The notes under the pieces: model-generated | What the model was told of the DNA's origin: nothing | The model's database searches: none | What the model saw: the letters and a program-made list of their open reading frames with translations, nothing else | NCBI GenBank assembly: GCA_024641305.1 | Contig: JAHEDI010000003.1 | Span: 48,889 to 112,888 of the forward strand | Source: a bacterium | GTDB taxonomy: Bacteria > Actinomycetota > Acidimicrobiia > Spongiisociales > JAENVV01 | Length of the DNA stretch: 64,000 nt | Direction: 5' to 3' | Program-made: the position numbers and the translations under genes | In this document: positions 39,630-47,761 of the stretch, in pieces | Position numbering within the stretch: position 1 is the first letter of the stretch | How the letters are laid out: every line of letters begins with the position of its first letter

Positions 39630-39803
39630 CTAGGCCGCGACGACTCCGCAGATCCAGCACTCCAAAGCCTCGATGCCGGCCACGTCGAGCACCAACGCGG
39701 CGTGATCGTAGGCCCCGTTACAGACCGGGCAGGAAGGTGCTGGGCCGTCAAAGTCGACCTCGACGCCTATGTCCAATTCGGCTAGTAGTTCGGTAAATTC
39801 CAT
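39630..39803 (-). CDS. Small zinc-ribbon-like protein (57 aa, CPVC...CWIC)
   Basis: Short ORF with two CxxC pairs. It sits between the Cas4-like nuclease and the BI-1 gene on the same strand. Confidence 0.35.
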   Translation of the reverse strand: MEFTELLAELDIGVEVDFDGPAPSCPVCNGAYDHAALVLDVAGIEALECWICGVVAA

Positions 39804-39908
39804 ACGTGTAATTCTACCGGCTGCCGGGGACAAACACGCTGGTTCGGACCTGGGTCCGGGTATTGACAGAGTGAGGCGTCGCGGTTGGCTGTCGGAAGAT
39901 TTGGGCTG

Positions 39909-40718
39909 CTACGAAGCGGCCGCGTCGGCTGTTTCGGCGCCGATCGCGCCAAATGCCGGGCACAGATCTTGGTATGAGCACCAATCGCACAGTTTGTTGA
40001 CTCTCGGCGGGAAGGTCTGGCTCTCGATCGCTCGATCGATGGCTTTCCAGAGTGCCTGGAGCTGTTGATTCATGGCGTCGAGATGGCCATCGGTAACCTC
40101 GAGCCGGTACATGGTGGGCCCGTTCAGATAGAGCAGACGTACCTCGACGGGTGTTCTTCCTAGCTTCTCCCTGATCAATAGCGCGTAGATCTTCAGGGCA
40201 AAAAAGGCCGGCTCGGCGAAACGCTCCGGGGGCGCCTTTCCAGACTTGTAATCGGTGATGATGAGCTCACCGGAGGGCGTCTCATCGATGCGGTCGAGAA
40301 TGCCGCGGATGGTGATGTCTCCCAGGGGTTGGAGCATGTCCATTTCCCGTTCGAGCGGATGGACTTCAGGCGGGTTCTCCACCGAGAAATAATTGGCCAG
40401 GAGTTTCATACTGTCGACGCCCCAAGTGCGTTCCTCATCCACGCTGGCGAACAGGTCGGCGTACTCCTCGGTGGCTCGCATTTGAGTCCAGGCGTCGCGG
40501 AACAAGTCATACAGTTTTTCGGGCGTCCGGGCGGTAGGGGGAAGGTCATAGAGTTTCTGGAGAGCCAGGTGTGCGGTGGTTCCCCGCGCTTGATGCACGG
40601 TGGTTGGTTCGGGAAGTTTGTCGATCGAGCGAAACTTGAAAAGCTGTGGACACAGCTTGAAGTCGCTCGCTCGACTCGGTGAAAGTGTCTCCAATGCCAT
40701 GGTGCGACTATACGACAT
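39909..40718 (-). CDS. PD-(D/E)xK (RecB/Cas4-like) nuclease with C-terminal Cys cluster
   Basis: Core IITDYKSGKAP...(E)..AL.IYALL nuclease motif (D-x-K plus QxxxY), a C-terminal CDWCSYQDLCP cluster and an N-terminal Cys (FKLCPQLF). This fits a Cas4-like 4Fe-4S nuclease domain. Confidence 0.7.
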   Translation of the reverse strand: MSYSRTMALETLSPSRASDFKLCPQLFKFRSIDKLPEPTTVHQARGTTAHLALQKLYDLPPTARTPEKLYDLFRDAWTQMRATEEYADLFASVDEERTWGVDSMKLLANYFSVENPPEVHPLEREMDMLQPLGDITIRGILDRIDETPSGELIITDYKSGKAPPERFAEPAFFALKIYALLIREKLGRTPVEVRLLYLNGPTMYRLEVTDGHLDAMNQQLQALWKAIDRAIESQTFPPRVNKLCDWCSYQDLCPAFGAIGAETADAAAS

Positions 40719-41399
40719 AGGAGTGACACGTTTGTTATTCGCTTCGGTTGCGGCCGGGCGATGTTCCGCCGATTTCGCATGAGAAAGCCGTTGTCGAGGC
40801 AAAGCGCGAAACCTTTGGCTAGCTCGCGAAATTTAGGTACCGAATTAACTTGGCAGTCCTCCCGAAGTGCGGTACGTTTATTGAACCGCATCGACGGGAC
40901 GGCCGGAGGGGCAACTCACCGGACAGAGCGACGGAGCGGATTGCTGAAACCGAGAGGGTTCAGTGAAAGCTACTGGGAGAACGAGGCCCTCGGGCAGCGG
41001 AGTTCCAGAAAGCGGGGAAGCCCTGAAGTGGCACAGGCGCAAGTCTGAGTCTCGGCAGGGCTTCTTGCTTTAACCAGCCACCGGTTCGTCCGTCTCACTG
41101 CTGACGGTCCCGGCGTTTATCACTCAGGTGGATGTTCCGTCGAAACCGATGATGCGACTCTGTCATGGTTCCCGCCCTGCCCTGCTTGGCCGGCCGGTGA
41201 ATGGATGAGCCCGTCTGAAAATCGTCATCCGAGGTGGCCAAACTCGCCGCCAGGTCTGACCCAGAAGTCCCAGCGACCCTGCCCGTGATGCGGTTCGCGA
41301 AAATTAGTCTCAAGTCGCGAAATCTAACCACGATCTGAGCTTGCCAAGTCGGTCCCGGTGTTCTACTTTTCATCTTGTTCGAAGCGGGGCGACCCGCAG

Positions 41400-41870
41400 A
41401 GAGCACCGACAACCTGAAACCTTCGGGCGACAGGGCTGGCCTTCGGGTCGGTGTTGGAGTCCCGGCAACGGGACAGCCGCTTGAACGGCTGAAACCGCCT
41501 TCGGGTGGGGACAACGTTGGAGAGGTAGGTGGAACCGAAGAAGGAGCCTTCGGGTTCGTTGGACGGAACCGCCGAGGCCCGCAAGGGTCGCCCTTTTTGG
41601 GCAAAGTGTGAGAGCACTGGACCGCAAGGAAACGTGCAGGATCGCTGGCAACGGTCGACCGGAAACGTGAGATCTAGCCACCGCCAACCGGCCCTCGGGC
41701 CAGTTGGTTGCAGAAGAGCCTTCGGGTTCGGACGCATGCCAGTGAAGGAGTCTTTCGGGACACACCCACCGGCGACGAGACAACCCCGAGAGGGTGAAGA
41801 CTTCGGTCGGAACTTACTCGGGGTTTCTCGCGTTGGGGCAACATTCGCTTGCCGATGCCGGGTAAAGTTT
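41400..41870 (+). other. Candidate structured RNA or long structured 5' leader: an array of UUCG/CUCG-tetraloop hairpins upstream of the PH-SHOCT gene
   Basis: At least 8 occurrences of CC-UUCG-GG, GCC-CUCG-GGC and GAC-UUCG-GUC hairpins, with recurring GAAACC and GTTGG spacers, in ~470 nt. No convincing ORF on either strand. Coordinates are approximate. Confidence 0.35.
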
Positions 41871-41874
41871 CTCC

Positions 41875-42465
41875 ATGGCATATCCGACCAAACTGCTCAG
41901 TGACGGCGAAAAGGTAGTGAGAGAATTTCGACCCCATTGGCAGGCGATCGCCCTGCCCGTAGGGATTGTTCTCGGTACGACCGTCGTCGGAGGCGTGCTC
42001 GGAGCGATACTCGAGAATGTTGCCGTACCTTTGGCCATCGGGGTGGTGCTCGGATTGGTAATTTCGATTCCGAAACTGATGGTGTGGGCCTTCACCAAGT
42101 ACGTGATCACCAACGAACGGGTGATTGTTCGATCCGGCGTGTTCGCTCGCCATGGGAAAGAAATACCCCTAGAGGTCATCAACGATGTGGCGTTTTCCCA
42201 GAGCCTGCTGGAGAGGATGGTCGGATCTGGTGATCTATTGCTCGAATCTGCCGGCGAAATGGGGCAGTCAAGGTTTACGAACATTCCCACACCTGAGGAG
42301 ATTCAAACGCTGATTTATAAAGCCCGGGAGAGTCGAATGTCCGCTCTGAACTCGGGTCAAACCGCCGCCGACACGCTGACGACGCTCGCCCAACTCCACC
42401 GCGATGGGGTTCTCACAGACGAGGAGTTTGAGGCGAAGAAGCACAAGCTGCTCGGAGAGATTTAG
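41875..42465 (+). CDS. Membrane PH-domain (bPH_2 / YdbS-like) protein with C-terminal SHOCT domain
   Basis: Two N-terminal TM helices followed by a bPH_2-like domain. C-terminal LAQLHRDGVLTDEEFEAKKHKLL matches the SHOCT motif. Confidence 0.65.
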   Translation: MAYPTKLLSDGEKVVREFRPHWQAIALPVGIVLGTTVVGGVLGAILENVAVPLAIGVVLGLVISIPKLMVWAFTKYVITNERVIVRSGVFARHGKEIPLEVINDVAFSQSLLERMVGSGDLLLESAGEMGQSRFTNIPTPEEIQTLIYKARESRMSALNSGQTAADTLTTLAQLHRDGVLTDEEFEAKKHKLLGEI

Positions 42466-42942
42466 TTGGCGTCTGTCTCCATTACGTTGGCAACCATCGA
42501 CGTCGCCAACCGGCAAATTCCCCACCGATTGAGCGTCATTGGCTCGGTATCGAGCGCTGACGAAGCGGCGGCCGCCCGTGGGGTAGCCGTCAGCGCTCTC
42601 ATCAAATCAATCGTGATCCGGCTGAGTGAAGACCAGTATCTCTTTGTGCTCGTTCCAGGCGATCGGGCCATCGATTGGTCGAAACTGAGAGCTGAATTGG
42701 GGGTCTCTCGGCTGTCTTTGCCGTCAGCCGAGGAGGCGTTTGCAGTCACCGGGTATGTGCGCGGGACGATCACCCCGTTTGGGTCGTCTACCGCCTGGCC
42801 GGTAATCATCGATGAACGACTTGTCGGTCTTGGGGAGGTCGCGATTGGCGGCGGTGGAGGAGGGATTGGCATTCATCTGGATCCCGCCGCCTTGGTGACT
42901 GCTTTTGATGCCCGGGTGGCCGACGTCACGAAAGCCGGTTGA
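42466..42942 (+). CDS. YbaK/ProX-type aminoacyl-tRNA deacylase domain protein
   Basis: YbaK/EbsC-like editing domain pattern, including the GG-rich ...GGGGGGIGI region. A TTG start abuts the upstream stop. Confidence 0.6.
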   Translation: MASVSITLATIDVANRQIPHRLSVIGSVSSADEAAAARGVAVSALIKSIVIRLSEDQYLFVLVPGDRAIDWSKLRAELGVSRLSLPSAEEAFAVTGYVRGTITPFGSSTAWPVIIDERLVGLGEVAIGGGGGGIGIHLDPAALVTAFDARVADVTKAG

Positions 42943-42989
42943 TGGTCGACCTTTTGTGATCAGATGTCGTATCCTGATGTCACGCCGAC

Positions 42990-43298
42990 ATGTCGCGAAA
43001 TCGAAGGGGACTAGACACCATGTACGAGGTGATGGAGTACACGGACGTGCGACCGTCCATTGACAACCCGAATCCGACTCCGCTTGAGCGTTCGATCGGG
43101 GTGTTTGAGGTTGAGCAAGATGCTGTGGAAGCCGGTCGAGCGGTCCGGGCCGAGTTCATCGAGTCGGAACGAGCCGAGTACACATGGTGGACGGTGCGTC
43201 AGCCCGGGTCACGTCTGGCCAACTGGATTGCTGATTCCCATTCGCCCAAGGAGTTCATGCTCGATCTCACCAGCGGTGAGCTCGTCGAGATGGAATGA
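42990..43298 (+). CDS. Hypothetical small protein
   Basis: 102-aa ORF filling the gap between ybaK-like and pghP-like genes. Its stop overlaps the next start (ATGA). No recognisable domain. Confidence 0.35.
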   Translation: MSRNRRGLDTMYEVMEYTDVRPSIDNPNPTPLERSIGVFEVEQDAVEAGRAVRAEFIESERAEYTWWTVRQPGSRLANWIADSHSPKEFMLDLTSGELVEME

Positions 43299-43861
43299 GT
43301 CGATTCGGGGAATTCCTGGCCGTCGACGGTGTCCGGGAGGAATTGACCATCGGGTCCGTGGTAGGCGTCATGGCACTTCACGGAGGCCTTGAATTCGGGA
43401 CACGCCGGTTGGCCAGGTCAATCGGCGATCTCCTACCCGTGAGTCTGTACACCGTGGTTCAACCAGTCGGTCTTGCCTGGCACCTGCCGTCGACCGCGTA
43501 TGACCGCGCGATGAGTCCCAACCTTCATCGGTTCCTTGAGCATGTCCGACTGGTGGTTTCGTTTCATGGCTATCACCGACCCGAACTCCCTGACAAGGTT
43601 CTTCTGGGTGGTACCAACCGATCCCTTGCTGCGGCCCTCGAAGCGGCCCTCACCGTCGAAGGGGTTCCGGCTGTATCCAATCTGGCCGCAATCCCGAGGG
43701 CCCTCAGGGGGCAGCACGCCCGGAATCCGGTCAATATTCCGATCGAAGCCGGTGTCCAAGTCGAACTTCCCCGGTCAATGCGCCGACCGGTCCCGTTGGT
43801 TGGCATCGTGAGAGCGCTAAGTAAAGTGCTCGAGGGAATGTCTGAGTCGCCGTCCGTCTAG
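43295..43861 (+). CDS. Poly-gamma-glutamate hydrolase (PghP)-like family protein
   Basis: ALHGGLEFGT motif (HGG.xE.GT) and ~190 aa size match the PghP / UPF0714 family. Confidence 0.5.
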   Translation: MSRFGEFLAVDGVREELTIGSVVGVMALHGGLEFGTRRLARSIGDLLPVSLYTVVQPVGLAWHLPSTAYDRAMSPNLHRFLEHVRLVVSFHGYHRPELPDKVLLGGTNRSLAAALEAALTVEGVPAVSNLAAIPRALRGQHARNPVNIPIEAGVQVELPRSMRRPVPLVGIVRALSKVLEGMSESPSV

Positions 43862-43892
43862 TGTGGCACGGTCGACTCTGGAGAGTGCATTC

Positions 43893-44258
43893 ATGCTTTT
43901 AGAGATTCATCGGAATCTGGCCTACTTCGTCGTCGGTTCTTGTGGCTCGATGGGACTGGTCGGAGTCGGCTTCGGCATTGCCAAGAAAAACCCCCCTGCC
44001 TGGTTCGCGATCGCCCGGTATGTTGCTCTTGGATCGGCTCTCGTGCAGGTCTCGTTGGGTTTGATCATGTACGGTCGGAACAACAACCCTGGCTCGATAC
44101 ACATGTTCTACGGCATTGTCACCTTGTTCACGTTGGCTTTCGCCTACATCTATCGGCTGACATTGGCGAGAAGGCCCGCGCTTGGGTGGGGGTTCTTGTT
44201 GTTGTTTGTAATGGGCCTCGGCATCCGCGGTTGGATGAATTTCGGGCAGAGTTTCTAA
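43893..44258 (+). CDS. Hypothetical 4-TM membrane protein
   Basis: Hydrophobic ORF immediately downstream of the pghP-like gene. Confidence 0.4.
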   Translation: MLLEIHRNLAYFVVGSCGSMGLVGVGFGIAKKNPPAWFAIARYVALGSALVQVSLGLIMYGRNNNPGSIHMFYGIVTLFTLAFAYIYRLTLARRPALGWGFLLLFVMGLGIRGWMNFGQSF

Positions 44259-44273
44259 GGAGGGCAAGGGCAA

Positions 44274-45059
44274 ATGGGAATTCTGACTGACAAGAAGCTC
44301 CTTATCACCGGAGTATTGACGGACGATTCGATTGCATTCCACATTGCGCGCATCGCCCAGGAGGAGGGCGCCGAGATAGCTCTGACCGGATTTGGTCGAG
44401 GGCTGCGACTCACCGAACGAACGGCCGCGAGATTGCCGCAACCGGCCGATGTGTACGAGTTGGACATCAACGATCCCTCGCACATGGAGGCTCTTGTCGT
44501 TGCCCTCACAGACAAGTGGGGAAAGGTTGATGGCGCTCTCCACGCCATTGCCTATGCGCCGGAGGATGCTCTGGGCGGCAACTTCCTCAACACTCCTCCC
44601 GAAAGCGCTCAGACCGCCTTTATCACCTCGGCATTCTCTTACAAGACGCTGGCGGTCGGGCTCCGACCCCTTCTCCAGGCAGCCGGCGGCGGTGGATTGG
44701 TTACGCTCGATTTCGACAATTCGAAAGCCTGGCCGGTGTACGACTGGATGGGGGTCGCCAAAGTAGCGCTTGAGGCCGTGACCCGGTATCTAGCCAGAGA
44801 TCTGGGGGCAGATCACATTCGGGTCAACGCGGTGGCAGCCGGGCCACTCAGCACCGTGGCCGCCAAATCGATTCCGGGTTTCCGGGGATTTGAAGACATC
44901 TGGGAGACTCGAGCTCCGCTGGGGTGGGATCCGACCGACCCGGACCCCGTCGCCAGAATGGCGTGTGTCCTCATGTCGGATTGGGCGCTGATGACTTCCG
45001 GTGAGGTAATCCATGTCGACGGTGGGTTCGACGCCATCGCCGCCGCCCCTGGCGAATAG
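44274..45059 (+). CDS. fabI: Enoyl-[acyl-carrier-protein] reductase (NADH), InhA/FabI type
   Basis: Aligns by eye along the full length to mycobacterial InhA: LITGVLTDDSIAFHIARIAQEEGAEIALTGF and the Y...K catalytic pair region WMGVAKVALEAVTRYLA. Confidence 0.9.
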   Translation: MGILTDKKLLITGVLTDDSIAFHIARIAQEEGAEIALTGFGRGLRLTERTAARLPQPADVYELDINDPSHMEALVVALTDKWGKVDGALHAIAYAPEDALGGNFLNTPPESAQTAFITSAFSYKTLAVGLRPLLQAAGGGGLVTLDFDNSKAWPVYDWMGVAKVALEAVTRYLARDLGADHIRVNAVAAGPLSTVAAKSIPGFRGFEDIWETRAPLGWDPTDPDPVARMACVLMSDWALMTSGEVIHVDGGFDAIAAAPGE

Positions 45060-45075
45060 CCACCCGGGGCGATTT

Positions 45076-46842
45076 CTAGGTCGAGTTTCTGGCTCCTCTG
45101 GCCGGCCGGCCAGGGACGTTGCTGAGCGGGGCAAACTCCGGGTCGGCCCGATTGGTCATGAATCCAGCTCTTAGCGGGAGCGTGACTGTGAACGTGGCTC
45201 CGCCTCCAGGAGTGTCGGTCAGTTCGATGAGACCCCCCATCGCCTCGGTCAGCGATCGGACAATCCACAACCCGAGGCCGGTTCCGCCCTGGTGTCTCGT
45301 CGCAGCAGGCGCCAATTGAGCGAATCGTTCGAAGGCGACGTCCCGGAGGTCCTCGCGAATGCCCTCACCATGGTCGATGACCTGAATCCGGACAGTAGTG
45401 CCGGTTTGTTGAGCCGCGATGTCGATGATCTGGTTCGGTGCGTATTTGAGGGCGTTTTCGATGAGGTTGCGCAGAATGCGGGATAGGTGATCCGGATCCA
45501 CTTCGATGCCGACATCTTTGTGAACCGAGGATCTCACGAGTCCCTCAGCGCCAGGAATCATGGCGGTGGTCTCGTCGACAAACATTCGAAGCTGAACCGG
45601 GACCGGGTGCTGGGGGAGGGCGTTGTTGTCGATTCTTGAAACCATCAACAGGTCCTCGATCAGGCGTCGCAATCGATCTGATTGAGTTCGGGCCGAATGC
45701 AGGAGATCACGGGCGGCTGGTTCCTGGGGTGCCAGCTCGGGACGAGCCAGCGTGGCCAGCGAACCGATGATCGAGGTCAGAGGGGTTCGCAACTCATGGC
45801 TAACGACGCTTACGAAGTCGGTCTTCATTTGTGCCACATCTTCCATCCGCTTTGAGGTCTCGGCGGCCGCCTCATATCGCTCAAGTTGCGCCAGGATGAG
45901 AGCCGCGGGAGCCGCCAGAGACTCGAAGGTTTCCAGGTCTTCATCGGTGAAGTCGCCGTCGAGTTTGTCGGCAATAACCATGACGCCGATTGGTCGCTGC
46001 TCGACCAACAGAGGAACGGACAGCGCCGTTTTGATGCCAAGTTCGTAGAGGATGCCAGTATCCGGTTCGGCCCCGGCTTCATAACGAGCGGACTGGCGAT
46101 TCAAGAACACCGACGTCAGGTAGTTACGTTCTCTAAGCGAGATGTCGTATGCACCGATGTCGAGTTCGTTTCCAGAGGTCCAGATTGGGCTGACGACGAC
46201 CAAAGAGCCGAATCTCGGTTGATGAAGCAACACGAATCCGAGCTGAGCATCGAGGAATGAGCCGATTTTGCCGACGAGCGTGGGTAACACCGTCCCCAGA
46301 CTTTGGCCCTCGGCCATCGTCCGGGACACTTCGTAGAGGCGTTCGAGTTGAGTCTCGCGGCGTCGTAACTCAAGTTCGCGGGTATGGCCCTGATATGCCT
46401 CCCAGCGGAACTCGCTGGTCACCGCGCTCAACACGATGGCGACCACGATCAGCGTGGCGCTTTGGACGATCACTTCTTCCCTCGGCCTCAACGTTTCCCC
46501 GAACGCGTATGGCATGACAAAGTTGAGGATCAGAAGGATGCTGGTCGCAGAGAAATGGATCCACCGACCTCCCAGAGCTGCGGTGAACGAGATGACGGCA
46601 AAGTAGTCGATGAAGACGAGGGATCGAATCGGGGCGAGGGTCGACGCCAGGGCCAACGCGGCGATCACGAGGATGGCGCTGAGGCCCATGATGATCTCGC
46701 CGCTCAGGCGCAGGAGGGTGGACTCCCAATCGATGAATGGCAGGATGGAGAAGGTAATTGCGACCGCCAGAACCGGAGCCCACAAACGGGGTTCGCTGAG
46801 CGGTACCTTCAGTCGATAGGCCCCGAACGTGGTGAGCGCCAC
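45076..46842 (-). CDS. Sensor histidine kinase with multi-TM N-terminus and GAF-like domain (orphan)
   Basis: HisKA H-box SHELRTPLTSI, and HATPase_c N/G1/G2 boxes (LRNLIENALKYAP, DHGEGI, GGTGLGL). No response regulator adjacent. Confidence 0.8.
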   Translation of the reverse strand: MALTTFGAYRLKVPLSEPRLWAPVLAVAITFSILPFIDWESTLLRLSGEIIMGLSAILVIAALALASTLAPIRSLVFIDYFAVISFTAALGGRWIHFSATSILLILNFVMPYAFGETLRPREEVIVQSATLIVVAIVLSAVTSEFRWEAYQGHTRELELRRRETQLERLYEVSRTMAEGQSLGTVLPTLVGKIGSFLDAQLGFVLLHQPRFGSLVVVSPIWTSGNELDIGAYDISLRERNYLTSVFLNRQSARYEAGAEPDTGILYELGIKTALSVPLLVEQRPIGVMVIADKLDGDFTDEDLETFESLAAPAALILAQLERYEAAAETSKRMEDVAQMKTDFVSVVSHELRTPLTSIIGSLATLARPELAPQEPAARDLLHSARTQSDRLRRLIEDLLMVSRIDNNALPQHPVPVQLRMFVDETTAMIPGAEGLVRSSVHKDVGIEVDPDHLSRILRNLIENALKYAPNQIIDIAAQQTGTTVRIQVIDHGEGIREDLRDVAFERFAQLAPAATRHQGGTGLGLWIVRSLTEAMGGLIELTDTPGGGATFTVTLPLRAGFMTNRADPEFAPLSNVPGRPARGARNST

Positions 46843-47023
46843 CAGGAACCAGACCGCCCCGATGGCGATTCTCCAGAGCCGGGCCCGAAACGGTGCCAGG
46901 ATCGTCCTGCGTTGCTGATGGGTCAGATGGATGGCGATAGTCGGTTCCTCTCACCGGCCAGGGTAACCTGCGCGCCATGATTGTTGAGGAAACGCGCTCC
47001 TACACCGTATCGGCTGATTTGTT

Positions 47024-47761
47024 GTGGCGCTGAAAGCCTTCGCCGATGGAGCTTTTTTTGCCGATGTCATCGGCGCAGACCGCCCCAGGGTTCTGGCCCT
47101 GCACGGATGGGCCCGCTCGCATGCCGACTTCAAGACGGTCCTATCAGGATTCGACGCCATCTCTGTCGACTTTCCCGGGTTCGGGGCATCTCCCCAACCG
47201 GCGACCGGTTGGGGAGCGGCCGATTATGCCAACGCCGTTCGACCAGTATGGGACGTCTTCGACGAACCGCCCCTGGTGATCGGCCACTCATTTGGCGGTC
47301 GGGTGGCTGTTCATCTCGCTGAGGATATGCCCATGCGTTCATTGGTGCTCATCGGCGTGCCGTTGATTCGACCTCCTTCGAAGCGCCAGGCCGCGCCGGC
47401 TTTTCGTATGATGCGCCGCCTGCATCGACTCGGACTGGTCTCAGACGCAAAGCTCGAAGCGCTCCGGCAGCGATATGGATCGGCCGACTATCTGGCTACG
47501 AGTGGGGTCATGCGTGACGTCTTCGTGAGGGTTGTCAACGAGTCGTATGAGGAGCAGCTCGACCACCTGACGGTTCCGATTGAAATGCTCTGGGGATCGC
47601 TTGATACGGCGGCCCCGCTTGACCTGGCGACCCAGGCGTACGAGCGCCTTTTGTCCAACGGTGCCGACGTCCGGATGCAGGTGTTGGACGGAGTTGGCCA
47701 TCATGTGATGGCCGAGCAGCCGGAGATGGTTCGGTCTTTGATAGCGGAGCTGTTGGAATGA
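47024..47761 (+). CDS. Alpha/beta hydrolase fold protein
   Basis: GHSFGG nucleophile elbow and HG oxyanion region (LHGWA). 245 aa. Confidence 0.75.
   Translation: MALKAFADGAFFADVIGADRPRVLALHGWARSHADFKTVLSGFDAISVDFPGFGASPQPATGWGAADYANAVRPVWDVFDEPPLVIGHSFGGRVAVHLAEDMPMRSLVLIGVPLIRPPSKRQAAPAFRMMRRLHRLGLVSDAKLEALRQRYGSADYLATSGVMRDVFVRVVNESYEEQLDHLTVPIEMLWGSLDTAAPLDLATQAYERLLSNGADVRMQVLDGVGHHVMAEQPEMVRSLIAELLE

Noticed and set aside
40860-41370. Possibility that the first half of the long intergenic region encodes tmRNA, RNase P RNA, SRP RNA or a TPP/cobalamin riboswitch
   Set aside because: I could not find the diagnostic boxes on either strand. These are GGAAAGUCCGG for RNase P; the GGUUCGA…CCACCA tRNA-like end and tag ORF for tmRNA; GGUCCGGAAGGAAGCAGC for SRP; and CUGAGA for TPP. 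Identity is left open rather than asserted.
41095-41881. Several 130-170-aa minus-strand ORFs and 78/124-aa plus-strand ORFs inside the hairpin-rich intergenic region
   Set aside because: Arg/Pro/Gly-rich, mutually overlapping in different frames, and no domain signatures. Consistent with GC-rich non-coding sequence rather than genes.
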